Shown here: one piece after another, positions 1 to 13,500 of the stretch
Layout: each line of letters begins with the position of its first letter
Numbering within the stretch: the stretch's first letter is position 1
Assembly: GCA_020137815.1 (NCBI GenBank)
Contig: CM035361.1
Span: forward strand, 6,200,001-6,264,000
DNA from: Hormiphora californensis
Taxonomy: Eukaryota; Animalia; Ctenophora
DNA: 64,000 nucleotides
Direction: 5' to 3'
Translations under genes and position numbers: made by a program
The notes under the pieces: model-generated
What the model was told of the DNA's origin: nothing
The model's input: only the letters and a program-made list of their open reading frames with translations
The model's database searches: none

Positions 1-32
1 AAAGAATCATTGTGATGAAACAAGACCATATA

Positions 33-203
33 CAGTCGGACCCCGATTTACCAGGCCCCGATTTACCGGAACCCTGATTTACCGGGAGGATAAAATTCCC
101 CCGATATAGGAAATTAACGGTATTTGACCCCGATATACCGGGCACCCCGATTTACCGGGTAACATCCTTCCCCCGAGCACCCCGGTAAATCGGGGTCCGA
201 CTG
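33..203. mobile_element. Tc1/mariner-pogo-type MITE
   Basis: Terminal inverted repeats CAGTCGGACCCCGATTTACC / GGTAAATCGGGGTCCGACTG, TA on both flanks (31-32, 204-205), internal CCCGATTTACCGG sub-repeats. A remnant of the same motif lies near 57005. Confidence 0.85.
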
Positions 204-665
204 TATCTGGTATGAGTATGAAATAATACAATGGAATTATGTACTGGAGGATTGCATTATATTTTATATAATTATAAAAGTTTCCATTGACGTTGATCCC
301 GTTAAATCTAAGGGAGGGGGAGAATTGAAAGATCGCTTTCTCACTCACAGCTACGGAATGTTGAAGAGACTTAGTTAAAGAAGAAGAGATTTAGTTAAAG
401 AAGAAGAGACTTAGTTAAAGGAGAAGAGACTTAGTTAAAGAAGAAGAAGAAGGAGAGATTTAGTTAAAGAGGAGACAAAGAACCCCCCGGTTTGTAGCAG
501 AAATGCACCCTTGCTATTGTCTTTGTTAAGTTTCAAACAAGGGATGCAATTTTCTCTCTTGTTATACGATTCAATCTGCATTGTGCTCCCATCTGTAGGG
601 AGAATGAGAGGGAGAATGAGAGGGAGGGGAGAGCCCAGATATCTGGGCTCTCCCCTCCCTCTCAT

Positions 666-705
<40 letters not shown>

Positions 706-784
706 ATTTTGTTAATCTACCGAACCCTCACAGAGCGCGATTTGAGCCACCCAAAAAGTTTAGGGTAACGAAAGCTTGACAAAC

Positions 785-1454
785 CTTGAGAGATAGAAGG
801 CCTGTCGGAATGGCTGGTCCTTGTAAATGCGGTTGAGAGTGTCAACAACCATTTCCTGCACCTGGTAACGGTACCTGGAGAGAGGAAGATAGGAAGAGAG
901 AAAGAGAAAGAGGAAGATAGGAAGAGAGAAAGAGAGTGAATGTATTATTATAGTAAACTACCGTGTGGGACAATAAGGATGACCCCCCTAGCCTAGTCGA
1001 CTAGCACATACCGCATGGGATTTACAAGTTTTGGTTCCTTTATAGCGTCCACAACGACACCAAGAAACTTGAAAAACTTCTCTGAATCAGAAAATCCTGA
1101 AACATGAGCTGAGGCATTATAGAAAGCACCCGGAAACTTTCTTGTAGTTTTTATCTAGATAGTGCTGCAATAAAACATATTATGTTTATATTGCTATGTT
1201 TTAGTTTATTTATTTTTTCTTCCAATGCTTACCTGATATTTTCATTTTGAATCCCTCTGTAACCGGTGCAAACATAAAGACGTATTCAGCGGAACTCGCC
1301 GGATACGTTATACTGTCCAGAGACTCCGAGACTATTGCTACAGGGGAAAGGAGGGAGTTGAATTAACAATTAAAACCATATTTAAATGTTATGAAATAAC
1401 TTTTCTCATAACTCCACGCCCTCATTATTTTCTTTCTCTCTATTTCTCTCTTTT

Positions 1455-1550
<96 letters not shown>

Positions 1551-4500
1551 CCCCGCTTTGGACTCTTTCTCTAACGCCACATAGTCCCCCCCTTCTCTCG
1601 CTCTTTCACAACCCAATTCATTACCCAACAAACACACAATACACACACGTGAGGGCGTCCTGGATTGGTCGACCTGGGACAAACTATGAGAATCGACCAA
1701 AGTAGAGGGTAGTAAAAAACTCCTTCATAAACTACTCTAAAGCCCTGACTCCTTCATAAAACACATCATACCTAGATATAGTCGTAGTACCGCAGCGTTT
1801 TCTATACTCTGTACGACTGACGGGACGAAAAACCTGAAAAACAAAACTAAAGTATTGATATATCAATGTAAATTCGGTACTACCCGCATCATCCATAATC
1901 TTAAATCGACAGTGTTTGTGCAGTGTTTGTGCAGTGTTTGTGTAGTGTTTACGCAGTGAATACGCTTCGAATACGCAAGGAATACGCCGTGGTTCTAGAG
2001 AAATATCACGGGGGATGAAAAGTAGACTAACTTGCAGTCGATGTAAGATTTTGGGATACTAACTTGCAGTCGATGTAAGATTTTGGTAGACTAACTTGCA
2101 GTCGATATAAGATTTTGGCAGTGAGCTGTCCTGTTTCCAGTACGCTTTGAACCCGTCCTGGTCAATCGTTACTGATGGTTGGGGTAGGGTGGACTTGGGA
2201 ACAATCGTGAAATCCGTTGGTATAAACTCGTTCGGCCCCGGTATTGCCAGACCAGCAGTTGCTGTACTATCGGACGACCAACTGAAAGAATTATAAAATT
2301 AGCGAACAGTTCTAAGCTGGACTAATAGTGTCAGAATCTCATTCATCATAATATTATATCGTCAGAATTCACTCACTATTTTATCCAATCCTCAGGAATT
2401 TTCATGGTTGTGTATTTGGATTTAAAGTCGTCGTCGAATAGATCTAGGGTAGGAAACGAACATGCTTGAAGATCAAATCCCATACCACCTATAGAAATAT
2501 AGATGTGTTTAACTATAAATTATAATACATCAGACTGCAACTGGGTATATTGTTGATTAATACATATTCTTGGTGGGGCTTGGATCAGGTGGATTTCATC
2601 GATTTGCCTAAATCAAATCATATTATCGTCCTACCAGCCGGGTAACATAATTAATATAATTGATATGGATTAATCGTACCTTGGAGTACGTTTACATTTT
2701 CTGGTACCAAGTGATCGAGAACCCAATCGATATCTTCTTTTTTGTAGGACGTCTGAAATATAAGATTATTAAGTATTAACAGTTCTTCAGGTGTTTGCAA
2801 CTGTGTTATTGTCATTTGTCTGCAAGTTTCAACTGTCACCTGTCATCAATTTGTAGATCTTATAATGTAACTTCTCAATGTCTTCTGTAAGTCTTTTGTA
2901 ATTTTCCGACACCACTGTCTAATCTAACCCTTTGAGACCGATAGGGTCACCAGTGACCCCACGCTAATTATGCATCTAGCGTCTGTCCGAACTAAATCTA
3001 AGAAGTTTAAATGGTTTTCCGGGTTAGAATAGACACTTTTTGGCTGTTTTTGGGGTCATTTTAAGCTTTGAACATCTTAGTTTACTAGAAATGCCAACTC
3101 TAAGCCATAAAAGTTGAAATTTTGGTGTAAAGTTGGCCATATCTCTAAAACGGTATAAGTAAGCCAATAATGGACCTACAAATCAAAAGAAAACCATAGG
3201 TTTTACCCCGGTATGAAGTTTCGTGATGATTTGATCAAATTTACAACGCTCAGAGGGCAAATAATGCCGGGGTCACCAGTGACCCTATCGTCCCCTAACG
3301 CTAATATAGAAATTTGGATTTTACGTGCATTTCTAAAGGATTGGCCACCGATAAAGGTCCAAAACGGCATTTTTCAAACGGGTGCTAGCGACTAACCGAC
3401 TCCCTCAGTGTTATCTATACATCTTAGAGAGTCGCTGAAAATTTTTTTGAGATTCGTGCTCCTTCATAAAAATTTTCATCTCGGCCAATTTGAAATTCTA
3501 AAATCGGCTACAGATGAGATACAGAGGTCCATAGGGTGTGTAAAATGTGCAGAATGGCCGGGTTTATATAAGTGTTATGAAGAAACATAGGGTCTAAGAT
3601 GAGCGGTTTTCGAGTTATGAGGCAAAATAGCTACGAAATCTCAATTGTTTGCATTCCATTTGAGACCGATAGGGTCACTGGTGACCCCACAGAAACAAAG
3701 TTCGTAGAGACGAGTTTTTTGGTTCTGCTTTCAAGTAGGCTTGTTAGGAGTGTCTCCAGCAATTTTCAGATATTTCTGTCGATGGCGCCACTATCGGTCC
3801 CAAAGGGCTAAGTAATGTATTGATCATAATCTAGTGTCAACCTGGTCTGTAAACTAATGCAACCTGTTAGTGGGGGTCAATACCAACCCTTATACCTTGA
3901 TTGACCCTGTTTCACTGCACCCCGCACAAATGTAAAGGAGGTTTAGAACCAAACCAATGACTTACCTGTGTTAGAGATGTTGATAGATAGTGGGAAGGTG
4001 AGGAAACACTTGACATCCACCCTGGAATCGTCTTCAGCATCGTTTTAAGATCCGTCTCATCGTGATAGTCAAACCTAGCAATGTTAGAAAATGTTAGACA
4101 ATGTTAGACAATGTTAACCCATTAGATAATTGATAATCTGTTGAGATGATATCTCCTTCCAGATTATTATCATGCGGATCATAAACAATAATTATCCGAT
4201 ACTTTTTACTAATCCTGCAATGTTCATGATTTAATGTTAGGCAATGCAACATTAGGCAGTTTTGATAGTAATGTTATGGTTTTATTAGGGATAAGGTGGC
4301 ACCTGTCAACAAACACCAATTGTCCGAAGAAAAAAAAAACAAATCACAATATTAAAACCTGAATTTTCGAAGACTGTAATTCTCATCCCAGACTTCTTTA
4401 GTGATACTCTTTCTCATTATCCGTATAAAGTCGAACAACACCTTCACAATTTCCCTGACGTGGCAGACACCTAGAGGAGTAGAGGATGAGGGATAACTGA

Positions 4501-7500
4501 TAAATGATCGCCAGTTTCAAACACCTAGTCGAGGAGGAGGGATAACTGATAAATGATCGCCTAGAGGATGAGGGATAACTAATAAATGATCGCCTAGAGG
4601 AGGAGGGATAACTGATAAATGATCGCCTAGAGGATGAGGGATAACTAATAAATGATCGCCTAGAGGAGGAGGGATAACTGATAAATGATCGCCTAGAGGA
4701 GGATGATAACTGATAAATGATCGCCAGTCTCAAGGAACAAAATGGATTTATTTTAATCTGTGGCGCCTCAATATATGTCCATCGGCTGGATGTTGGATCT
4801 TGTTACCATGGTCAATATGGTTACCATGGTTACCATTACATACCTTGTGTTGTAAGATGGATTTGGACCGTTAGGCAACTGAAACTCTCTCGAAATGTCA
4901 AAGTGCTCACAATCAGATCTGGAGAGAGAAAATGTATTGGTGATATTATTTTTGGCCCGGGGCGCTTGCCATCGCTGTGATTAGTCCACATTTCGATGGA
5001 AGAATCTGTTTAGCAGTTGACTAAACTATCAACGGAATTCCGCAGGATATATCAAAAATTGATTGATAAGCATCAATTAATTAATTACCAATTATGTATC
5101 CTTTGTCTCGTAGATGGCTGGTGACCGTTCCTGTACTTTCATCGCCAAGCAGGTTCAATATGACCTTGTGGTCACGTGCAATGTCCTGGGGAGGATAGAA
5201 ATTAGGGGAGGGGAGGGGGAGGATAGAAATTAGGGGAGGGGGACAGGGGGACCGGGCAATGTCCTGAAATTAGGGAAATTAGGGGAGGGGAAGAGGGAGG
5301 ATAGAAATTAGGGGGAGGATAGAAATTAGGGGAGGGGTAATATCCTGGGGAGGATAGAAATTAGGGGAGGGGGACCGGGAAGAAGAAGGATAGAAATTAG
5401 GGGAGGGGGACCGGGAAGAAGGGGGATAGAAATTAGGTGAGGGGGACCGGGAAGAAGGGGGATAGAAATTAGGTGAGGGGGGACCGGAAAGAAGGAGGAT
5501 AGAAATTAGGGGAGGGGGACCGGGAAAAAGGAGGATAGAAATTAGGTGAGGGGGACCGGGAAGAAGGAGGATAGAAATTAGGGGAGGGGGACCGGGAAGA
5601 AGGAGGATAGAAATTAGGTGAGGGGAAGGGGGAAAAGGAGGATAGAAATTAGGTGAGGGGGACCGGGAAAAAGGAAGATAGAGATTAGGCGAGACTGCTA
5701 TGAGTATGTGATAATTCCTTGTGGGCTTGACGTTAACAAACCCAGGCACTCGTCAAAAAAGTCATTTAGCAAGGGGAAGGTGGAGGATTATTTTCAGTTA
5801 CAAGAAAGGGTAGTTGAATAAAAAGGAATCAATCAGAAACCGGTACCCTTCCTCTCAATTATTGTTGGAAGAATTGAAATCCTGTACCTTTTTGCCAAAA
5901 AGGTACAGGATTTCAATCCTTTTTGCCCATTTTCGCGAGCGCCGCTCGTAAAGGGAGTGTTAGAACATAACAAGTACCTTTGGTGTGTTGCCGATGGGAA
6001 ACAGCAGCTCAATATCCTGTGTCAGTGCACCGTTCTCGTAGACAGAATACTGTCCGATATACCTGTCAGAGATAACACAAAGATATCAGAGATAACACAG
6101 AGAGATAACACAGAGATAACAGAGAGATGACAGAGAGATAACAGAGATAACACAGAGATAACACAGAGAGAGATAACCCAGAGATAACAGAGAGATATCA
6201 CAGAGATAACACAGAGATAACACAGAGATAACAAAGAGATAACACACAGAGATAACACAGAGATAACACAGAGATATAACAGAGATGACAGAGATAACAG
6301 AGAGATAACACAGAGATAACAGAGAGATAACAGAGATAACACAGAGAGATAACACAGAGAGATAACACAGAGAGATAACACAGAGATATCACAGAGAGAT
6401 AACACAGAGAGATAACCCAGAGATAACAGAGAGATAACACAGAGATAACACAGAGATAACACAGAGATAACACAGAGATAACAGAGAGATATAACAGAGA
6501 TAACACAGAGATAACAGAGAGATAACAGAGAGATATCAGAGAGATAACAGAGAGATAACACAGATATGACACAGAGATATCACAGAGATAACCCACAAAG
6601 ATAATACAGAGATAACACAGAGATAACACAGAGATAACAGAGAGATAACAGAGAGATAACACAGATATGACACAGAGATATCACAGAGATAACCCACAAA
6701 GATAACAGAGAGATAACAGAGAGATAACAGAGAGATAACACAGAGATAACAGAGAGATAACACAGAGATGACATAGAGATAACACAGAGATAACAGAGAG
6801 ATAACACAGAGAGATAACACAGAGATAACAGAGAGATAACACAGAGAGATAACACAGAGAGATAACACAGAGATAACACAGAGATAAAACAGAGATAACA
6901 CAGAGATAACGCAGAGATAACACAGAGATATCACAGAGATACCACAGAGATAACAGAGAGATAGCAGAGATAACACAGAGAGATAACACAGAGATAACAC
7001 AGAGATATCACAGAGATATCACAGAGATAACCCAGAGATAACACAGAGATAACACAGAGATAACAGAGAGATAGCACAGAGATAACACAGAGAGATAACA
7101 CAGAGAGATAACAGAGAGATAACAGAGAGATAACCCACAGAGATGACACAGAGAGATAACACAGAGATAACACAGAGATAACACAGAGAGATAACAGAGA
7201 TAACAGAGAGATAACAGAGAGATAACAGAGATAACACAGAGAGATAACACAGAGAGATAACACAGAGAGATAACACAGAGATATCACAGAGAGATAACAC
7301 AGAGAGATAACCCAGAGATAACAGAGAGATAACAGAGAGATAACAGAGAGATAACACAGAGATAACACAGAGATACACAGAGATAACAGAGAGATATAAC
7401 AGAGATAACACAGAGATAACAGAGAGATAACAGAGAGATATCAGAGAGATAACAGAGAGATAACACAGATATGACACAGAGATATCACAGAGATAACCCA

Positions 7501-10500
7501 CAAAGATAATACAGAGATAACACAGAGATAACACAGAGATAACAGAGAGATAACAGAGAGATAACAAGAGATAACAGAGAGATAACAGAGAGATAACACA
7601 GATATGACACAGAGATATCACAGAGATAACCCACAAAGATAACAGAGAGATAACAGAGAGATAACAGAGAGATAACACAGAGATAACAGAGAGATAACAC
7701 AGAGATGACATAGAGATAACACAGAGATAACAGAGAGATAACACAGAGAGATAACACAGAGATAACAGAGAGATAACACAGAGAGATAACACAGAGATAA
7801 CACAGAGATAAAACAGAGATAACACAGAGATAACACAGAGATAACACAGAGATATCACAGAGATACCACAGAGATAACAGAGAGATAGCAGAGATAACAC
7901 AGAGAGATAACACAGAGATAACACAGAGATATCACAGAGAGATAACACAGAGATATCACAGAGATAACCCAGAGATAACACAGAGATAACACAGAGATAA
8001 CAGAGAGATAGCACAGAGATAACACAGAGAGATAACAGAGAGATAACAGAGAGATAACCCACAGAGATGACACAGAGAGATAACACAGAGATAACACAGA
8101 GATAACACAGAGAGATAACAGAGATAACACAGAGATAACAGAGAGATAACAGAGATAACACAGAGAGATAACACAGAGAGATAACACAGAGAGATAACAC
8201 AGAGATATCACAGAGAGATAACACAGAGAGATAACCCAGAGATAACAGAGAGATAACAGAGAGATAACAGAGAGATAACACAGAGATAACACAGAGATAA
8301 CACAGAGATAACAGAGAGATATAACAGAGATAACACAGAGATAACAGAGAGATAACAGAGAGATATCAGAGAGATAACAGAGAGATAACACAGATATGAC
8401 ACAGAGATATCACAGAGATAACCCACAAAGATAATACAGAGATAACACAGAGATAACACAGAGATAAAAGAGAGATAACAGAGAGATAACAGAGAGATAT
8501 CAGAGAGATAACAGAGAGATAACACAGATATGACACAGAGATATCACAGAGATAACCCACAAAGATAACAGAGAGATAACAGAGAGATAACAGAGAGATA
8601 ACACAGAGATAACAGAGAGATAACACAGAGATGACATAGAGATAACACAGAGATAACAGAGAGATAACACAGAGAGATAACACAGAGATAACAGAGAGAT
8701 AACACAGAGAGATAACACAGAGATAACACAGAGATAAAACAGAGATAACACAGAGATAACACAGAGATAACACAGAGATATCACAGAGATACCACAGAGA
8801 TAACAGAGAGATAGCAGAGATAACACAGAGAGATAACACAGAGATAACACAGAGATATCACAGAGAGATAACACAGAGATATCACAGAGATAACCCAGAG
8901 ATAACACAGAGATAACACAGAGATAACAGAGAGATAGCACAGAGATAACACAGAGAGATAACACAGAGAGATAACACAGAGATAACAGAGAGATAACCCA
9001 CAGAGATGACACAGAGAGATAACACAGAGATAACACAGAGATAACACAGAGAGATAACAGAGATAACACAGAGATAACACAGAGAGATAACACAGAGATA
9101 AAAGAGAGATAAAATAGAGATAACTGATAACACAGAGATGACACATTGTCATACATCATCTGAATGAAAGAATTGGGTAGCTTGGTACAGCCTGCCTACA
9201 ACAAAAAGATACACCCTAAACTAAATATCGATCCGTTTTCTTGCTCTGCGAAATGGGTTTGAACTAAACAGATCCTTTTTCAGCTTTGTACCTTCCTGAG
9301 TAGGGGTTTGAAAAGAAGGTGGGTTGGGTAAAATTCCTGCGTTTTATCCCCGCAAACTCTTGTCGAATCAGCTGTTCTTGTCCTTCAAGAGACATGCTAC
9401 TCAAAAGCACCAGATTCATCTGAAAGAGAGAGAGAGAGAGAGAGAGTTAGAGTTATAATAGGGAGATCAAGCACCAGATTCATCTGGAAGAGAGGGAAAG
9501 GTGGGAGTTATAATAGGGAGATAAAGGGAGAGGGAGGAAAGGGAGATGGTAGAAAAAACGAACAGACACTAGACAGACAGATATACAGACAGATAAACAG
9601 ATATACAGACACTAGACAGACAGATATACAGACAGACAGACAGACACTAGACAGACAGATAAACAGACAGACAGACAAAGAAACATGTACCAAGTGAGAT
9701 GAGTAGTATTTCTCGTAAAACCATCTTATTTTGCTGACAAAGTCAGATTTATCGAATATCTGTTTAGTACCAACATTGAACCTGAAACAAAAAAACAACA
9801 AAATATTATAACTTAATCGATTCAAATATTCTGAATAATGAGTTCAGAGCAAGAATTAAATAGGGAAGAAAAAGAAAAAAATAAAAAATATTGAATCAAT
9901 AGTTGTTTTACGAGTAGCAATATACGCATGTAACTTGAATGTACAGATTGGATAAAACCCCAGTGGATCCAGCCCCCAAAAAAAGGGAGGACACGGTGTT
10001 TTCACCCCCGCAACCCTCTGAATTCTGATCCACCAATGTTACCTTTTCTATAGGGTGATGTGTGGTATAAAGTTCAGCAATTCAGCGTGAGATAATAGTA
10101 AAACTTCTTAGCAGCGAACTTAGAAAACAGCACTGCAAAGACAGATTATTAGAGCGTATAGAAAGAAGGTAAAGAAGGTTCCGTAGTAGAAAGAAGGGTA
10201 AGAAGGTTTCGTAGTAAAATAAAGATAATAACACAGCACAATACATGTATATTTTAGCAAGAACTGAAAAGCGTGTGCAGCTTGTGCTTTCAACTTTATT
10301 CCACTCTCTTATACCGGAGGAAATGGTACATCGAGGCCCGAGGGTCTACTTCAGCTAGCTGTTATAGAAGGGCCCAGTATAAATCTAAATGCTGTTTTAT
10401 CACCTGTAGAAAGGATGCTCAGGATCTGCTGTCTTTTTTAGCACACTGAACTTCTTCCAAACCGTCTGTGGGATATCCTTTTCCAGTTCGTTTTGGATTG

Positions 10501-13500
10501 CCTGCTTTTCTCCCTCAAGAACCTTAAAAAAATTTAAATCATCATAATATTATTAGCCTGCCATAATATGAACCATAATATGAACCATAATATGAACCAT
10601 TGGCAAGCCCATCACTCATGTGTACTATGTAGTGATATAAGCCGTCATATAAAAGGCACGTATAATATCGCGATAATACATTGCTGCAGATGTAGTAATG
10701 TTGCACAACATGGAGCTCTGTAAAAGGTGTGATGATTATATTGCTTGTGTGGTAGCAGCAGTAGACAGTACCTAGTGCCTAGTACCAAATAATATAGGGA
10801 CAATAATGTGTGGTAGCAGCAGTGCCTAGTACCTAGTGCCTAGTATGTACCAAATAATATAGGGACAGTACCTAAAGTACCCAGCAAACACAGTTGGCGT
10901 AGATTGCTTGCCAGCGCCAAATTTCAGACGGTCATAGCTCCATTCCCTGGTGAGATAGAGACTTGAAATTTGTTTTGTAAGAAGAACTCGACATGATCTC
11001 CTTACAAAACAAATTTCGAGTCTCTATCTTATCAGGGGGTGGATCTATGTGCCTAGTGCCTAGTATGTACCAAATAATATAGGGACAAATGACAATTCAA
11101 CAATTCGAATGCTACTTGAGAGACTTGATATGACCCATTTGGATGCTCTAATTAGACAGATTTGACCTACCTCTGGATTAAAAAGTGGTTTTTTGAATGC
11201 GGATGCGAAGATTTTCACTCCATGAGCAATGTTCCGAGAGTTAACGTAAAAGTAAAAGTTGGTGTGGGTTTGAGTGGTAAATGCGTTGTCATTTCCACCG
11301 TGTACTTGTAGGTAGTTTGCTAACTCATCTGGAAATGTTTAAAAATATTAAAAAAGAGGAAAAAAAAACCTACATCAACATCCCCACTAACTGTTATAGA
11401 TGGTATTTCGGCTGCTCTAACTAGGAATAAAAGGAAGAGTTGTGGGGGGGGGGGGCAGAGTTGGGAGATCATCCCCGGACAACTTACTATATCCTGGGAC
11501 AACTTACTATATCCTGGGACAACTTACTATATCCTGGGACAACTTACTATATCCTGGGACAACTTACTATATCCTGGGACAACTTACTATATCCTGGGAC
11601 AACTTACTATATCCTGGGACAACTTACTATATCCTGGGAAGTTTTCCGAGCCCATATAAATAGCATGTTCGGTGTAGTGGGCGAGACCAAGAAACTCTTC
11701 GCCAGCCTCAGTGTCTGACATTGAGCCGACCTGAGGGAATCATTGTTACAGTGTCTGACATTGAGCCGACCTGAGGGAATCATTGTTACAGTGTCTGACA
11801 TTGAGCCGACCTGAGGGTATCATTGTTACAGTGTCTGACATTGAGCCGACCTGAGGGAATCATTGTTACAGTGTCTGACATTGAGCCGACCTGAGGGAAT
11901 CATTGTTACAGTGTCTGACATTGAGCCGACCTGAGGGAATCATTGTTACAGTGTCTGACATTGAGCCGACCTGAGGGAATCATTGTTACAGTGTCTGACA
12001 TTGAGCCGACCTGAGGGAATCATTGTTACAGTGTCTGACATTGAGCCGACCTGAGGGAATCATTGTTACAGTGTCTGACATTGAGCCGACCTGAGGGAAT
12101 CATTGTTACAGTGTCTGACATTGAGCCGACCTGAGGGAATCATTGTTACAGTGTCTGACATTGAGCCGACCTGAGGGAATCATTGTTACAGTGTCTGACA
12201 TTGAGCCGACCTGAGGGAATCATTGTTACAGTGTCTGACATTGAGCCGACCTGAGGGAATCATTGTTACAGCGTCTGACATTGAGCCGACCTGAGGGAAT
12301 CATTGTTACGGTGTCTGACATTGAGCCGACCTGAGGGAATCATTGTTACGGTGTCTGACATTGAGCCGACCTGAGGGAATCATTGTTACAGTGCTGCTGA
12401 CATTGAGCCGACCTGAGGGAATCATTGTTACAGTGCTGCTGACATTGAGCCGACCTGAGGGAATCATTGTTACAGTGCTGCTGACATTGAGCCGACCTGA
12501 GGGAATCATTGTTACAGTGCTGCTGACATTGAGCCGACCTGAGGGAATCATTGTTACAGTGCTGCTGACATTGAGCCGACCTGAGGGAACATTGTTACAG
12601 TGCTGCTGACATTGAGCCGACCTGAGGGAATCATTGTTACAGTGCTGCTGACATTGAGCCGACCTGAGGGAATCATTGTTACAGTGTCTGACATTGAGCC
12701 GACCTGAGGGAATCATTGTTACAGTGTCTGACATTGAGCCGACCTGAGGGAATCACTGTTATAGTGTCTGACATTGAGCCGACCTGAGGGAATCACTGTT
12801 ATAGTGTCTGACATTGAGCCGACCTGAGGGAATCACTGTTACAGTGTCTGACATTGAGCCGACCTGAGGGAATCATTGTTACAGTGTCTGACATTGAGCC
12901 GACCTGAGGGAATCATTGTTACAGTGTCTGACATTGAGCCGACCTGAGGGGATCATTGTTACAGTGTCTGACATTGAGCCCACCTGAGGGGATCATTGTT
13001 ACAGTGTCTGACATTGAGCCGACCTGAGGGAATCATTGTTACAGTGTCTGACATTGAGCCGACCTGAGGGAATCATTGTTACAGTGTCTGACATTGAGCC
13101 GACCTGAGGGAATCATTGTTATAGGGGCCAAGAAAAGAGGGAATCATTGTTTCACCACTTGTTATGAAGTGACCTAGAAACACAATTGGGAGATTAATTA
13201 ATTGGATACAAATTTGAATTATGACCACATGTTAATGGGCTAGTTTCCCTCAGGGCAGCGACCTAAAATAATTGGCAATAATTGAAATGTGAGTCTTACC
13301 CCGACGTCTAATCCAAGGCCTGATAAGATCGTCAGCTTATCGTGTATAAGCAAAACTTTCAAGCCGTTTTCCAATGTAAACGCCTGTAAAAAGTCGTAAA
13401 AGTTTAAAATGCGGAAATTAGAAAAACGAAATTGTTTGACTAAAATAAGTTCTAACCTTGTAAGTTTTCCTATCATATTTAGGCTTCATGACATTGGTTT

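Noticed and set aside
79-665. Possible further M16A exons (ORFs 79-348 and 435-665)
   Set aside because: No phase-compatible exon with recognisable similarity to the next IDE segment; part of the first ORF runs through a MITE.
6022-9159. Long Cys/Leu-rich ORFs on the minus strand
   Set aside because: These are translations of a stop-poor satellite in all three frames; the flanking exons join in phase without them.
9150-9175. Possible 5-nt micro-exon (ttcag|ATGAT|gtatga) on the minus strand
   Set aside because: It would break the frame between exons 7 and 8, which already join correctly.
11471-13122. CRISPR-like regular repeats
   Set aside because: Units are head-to-tail with no unique spacers, there are no cas genes, and the context is a eukaryotic intron.
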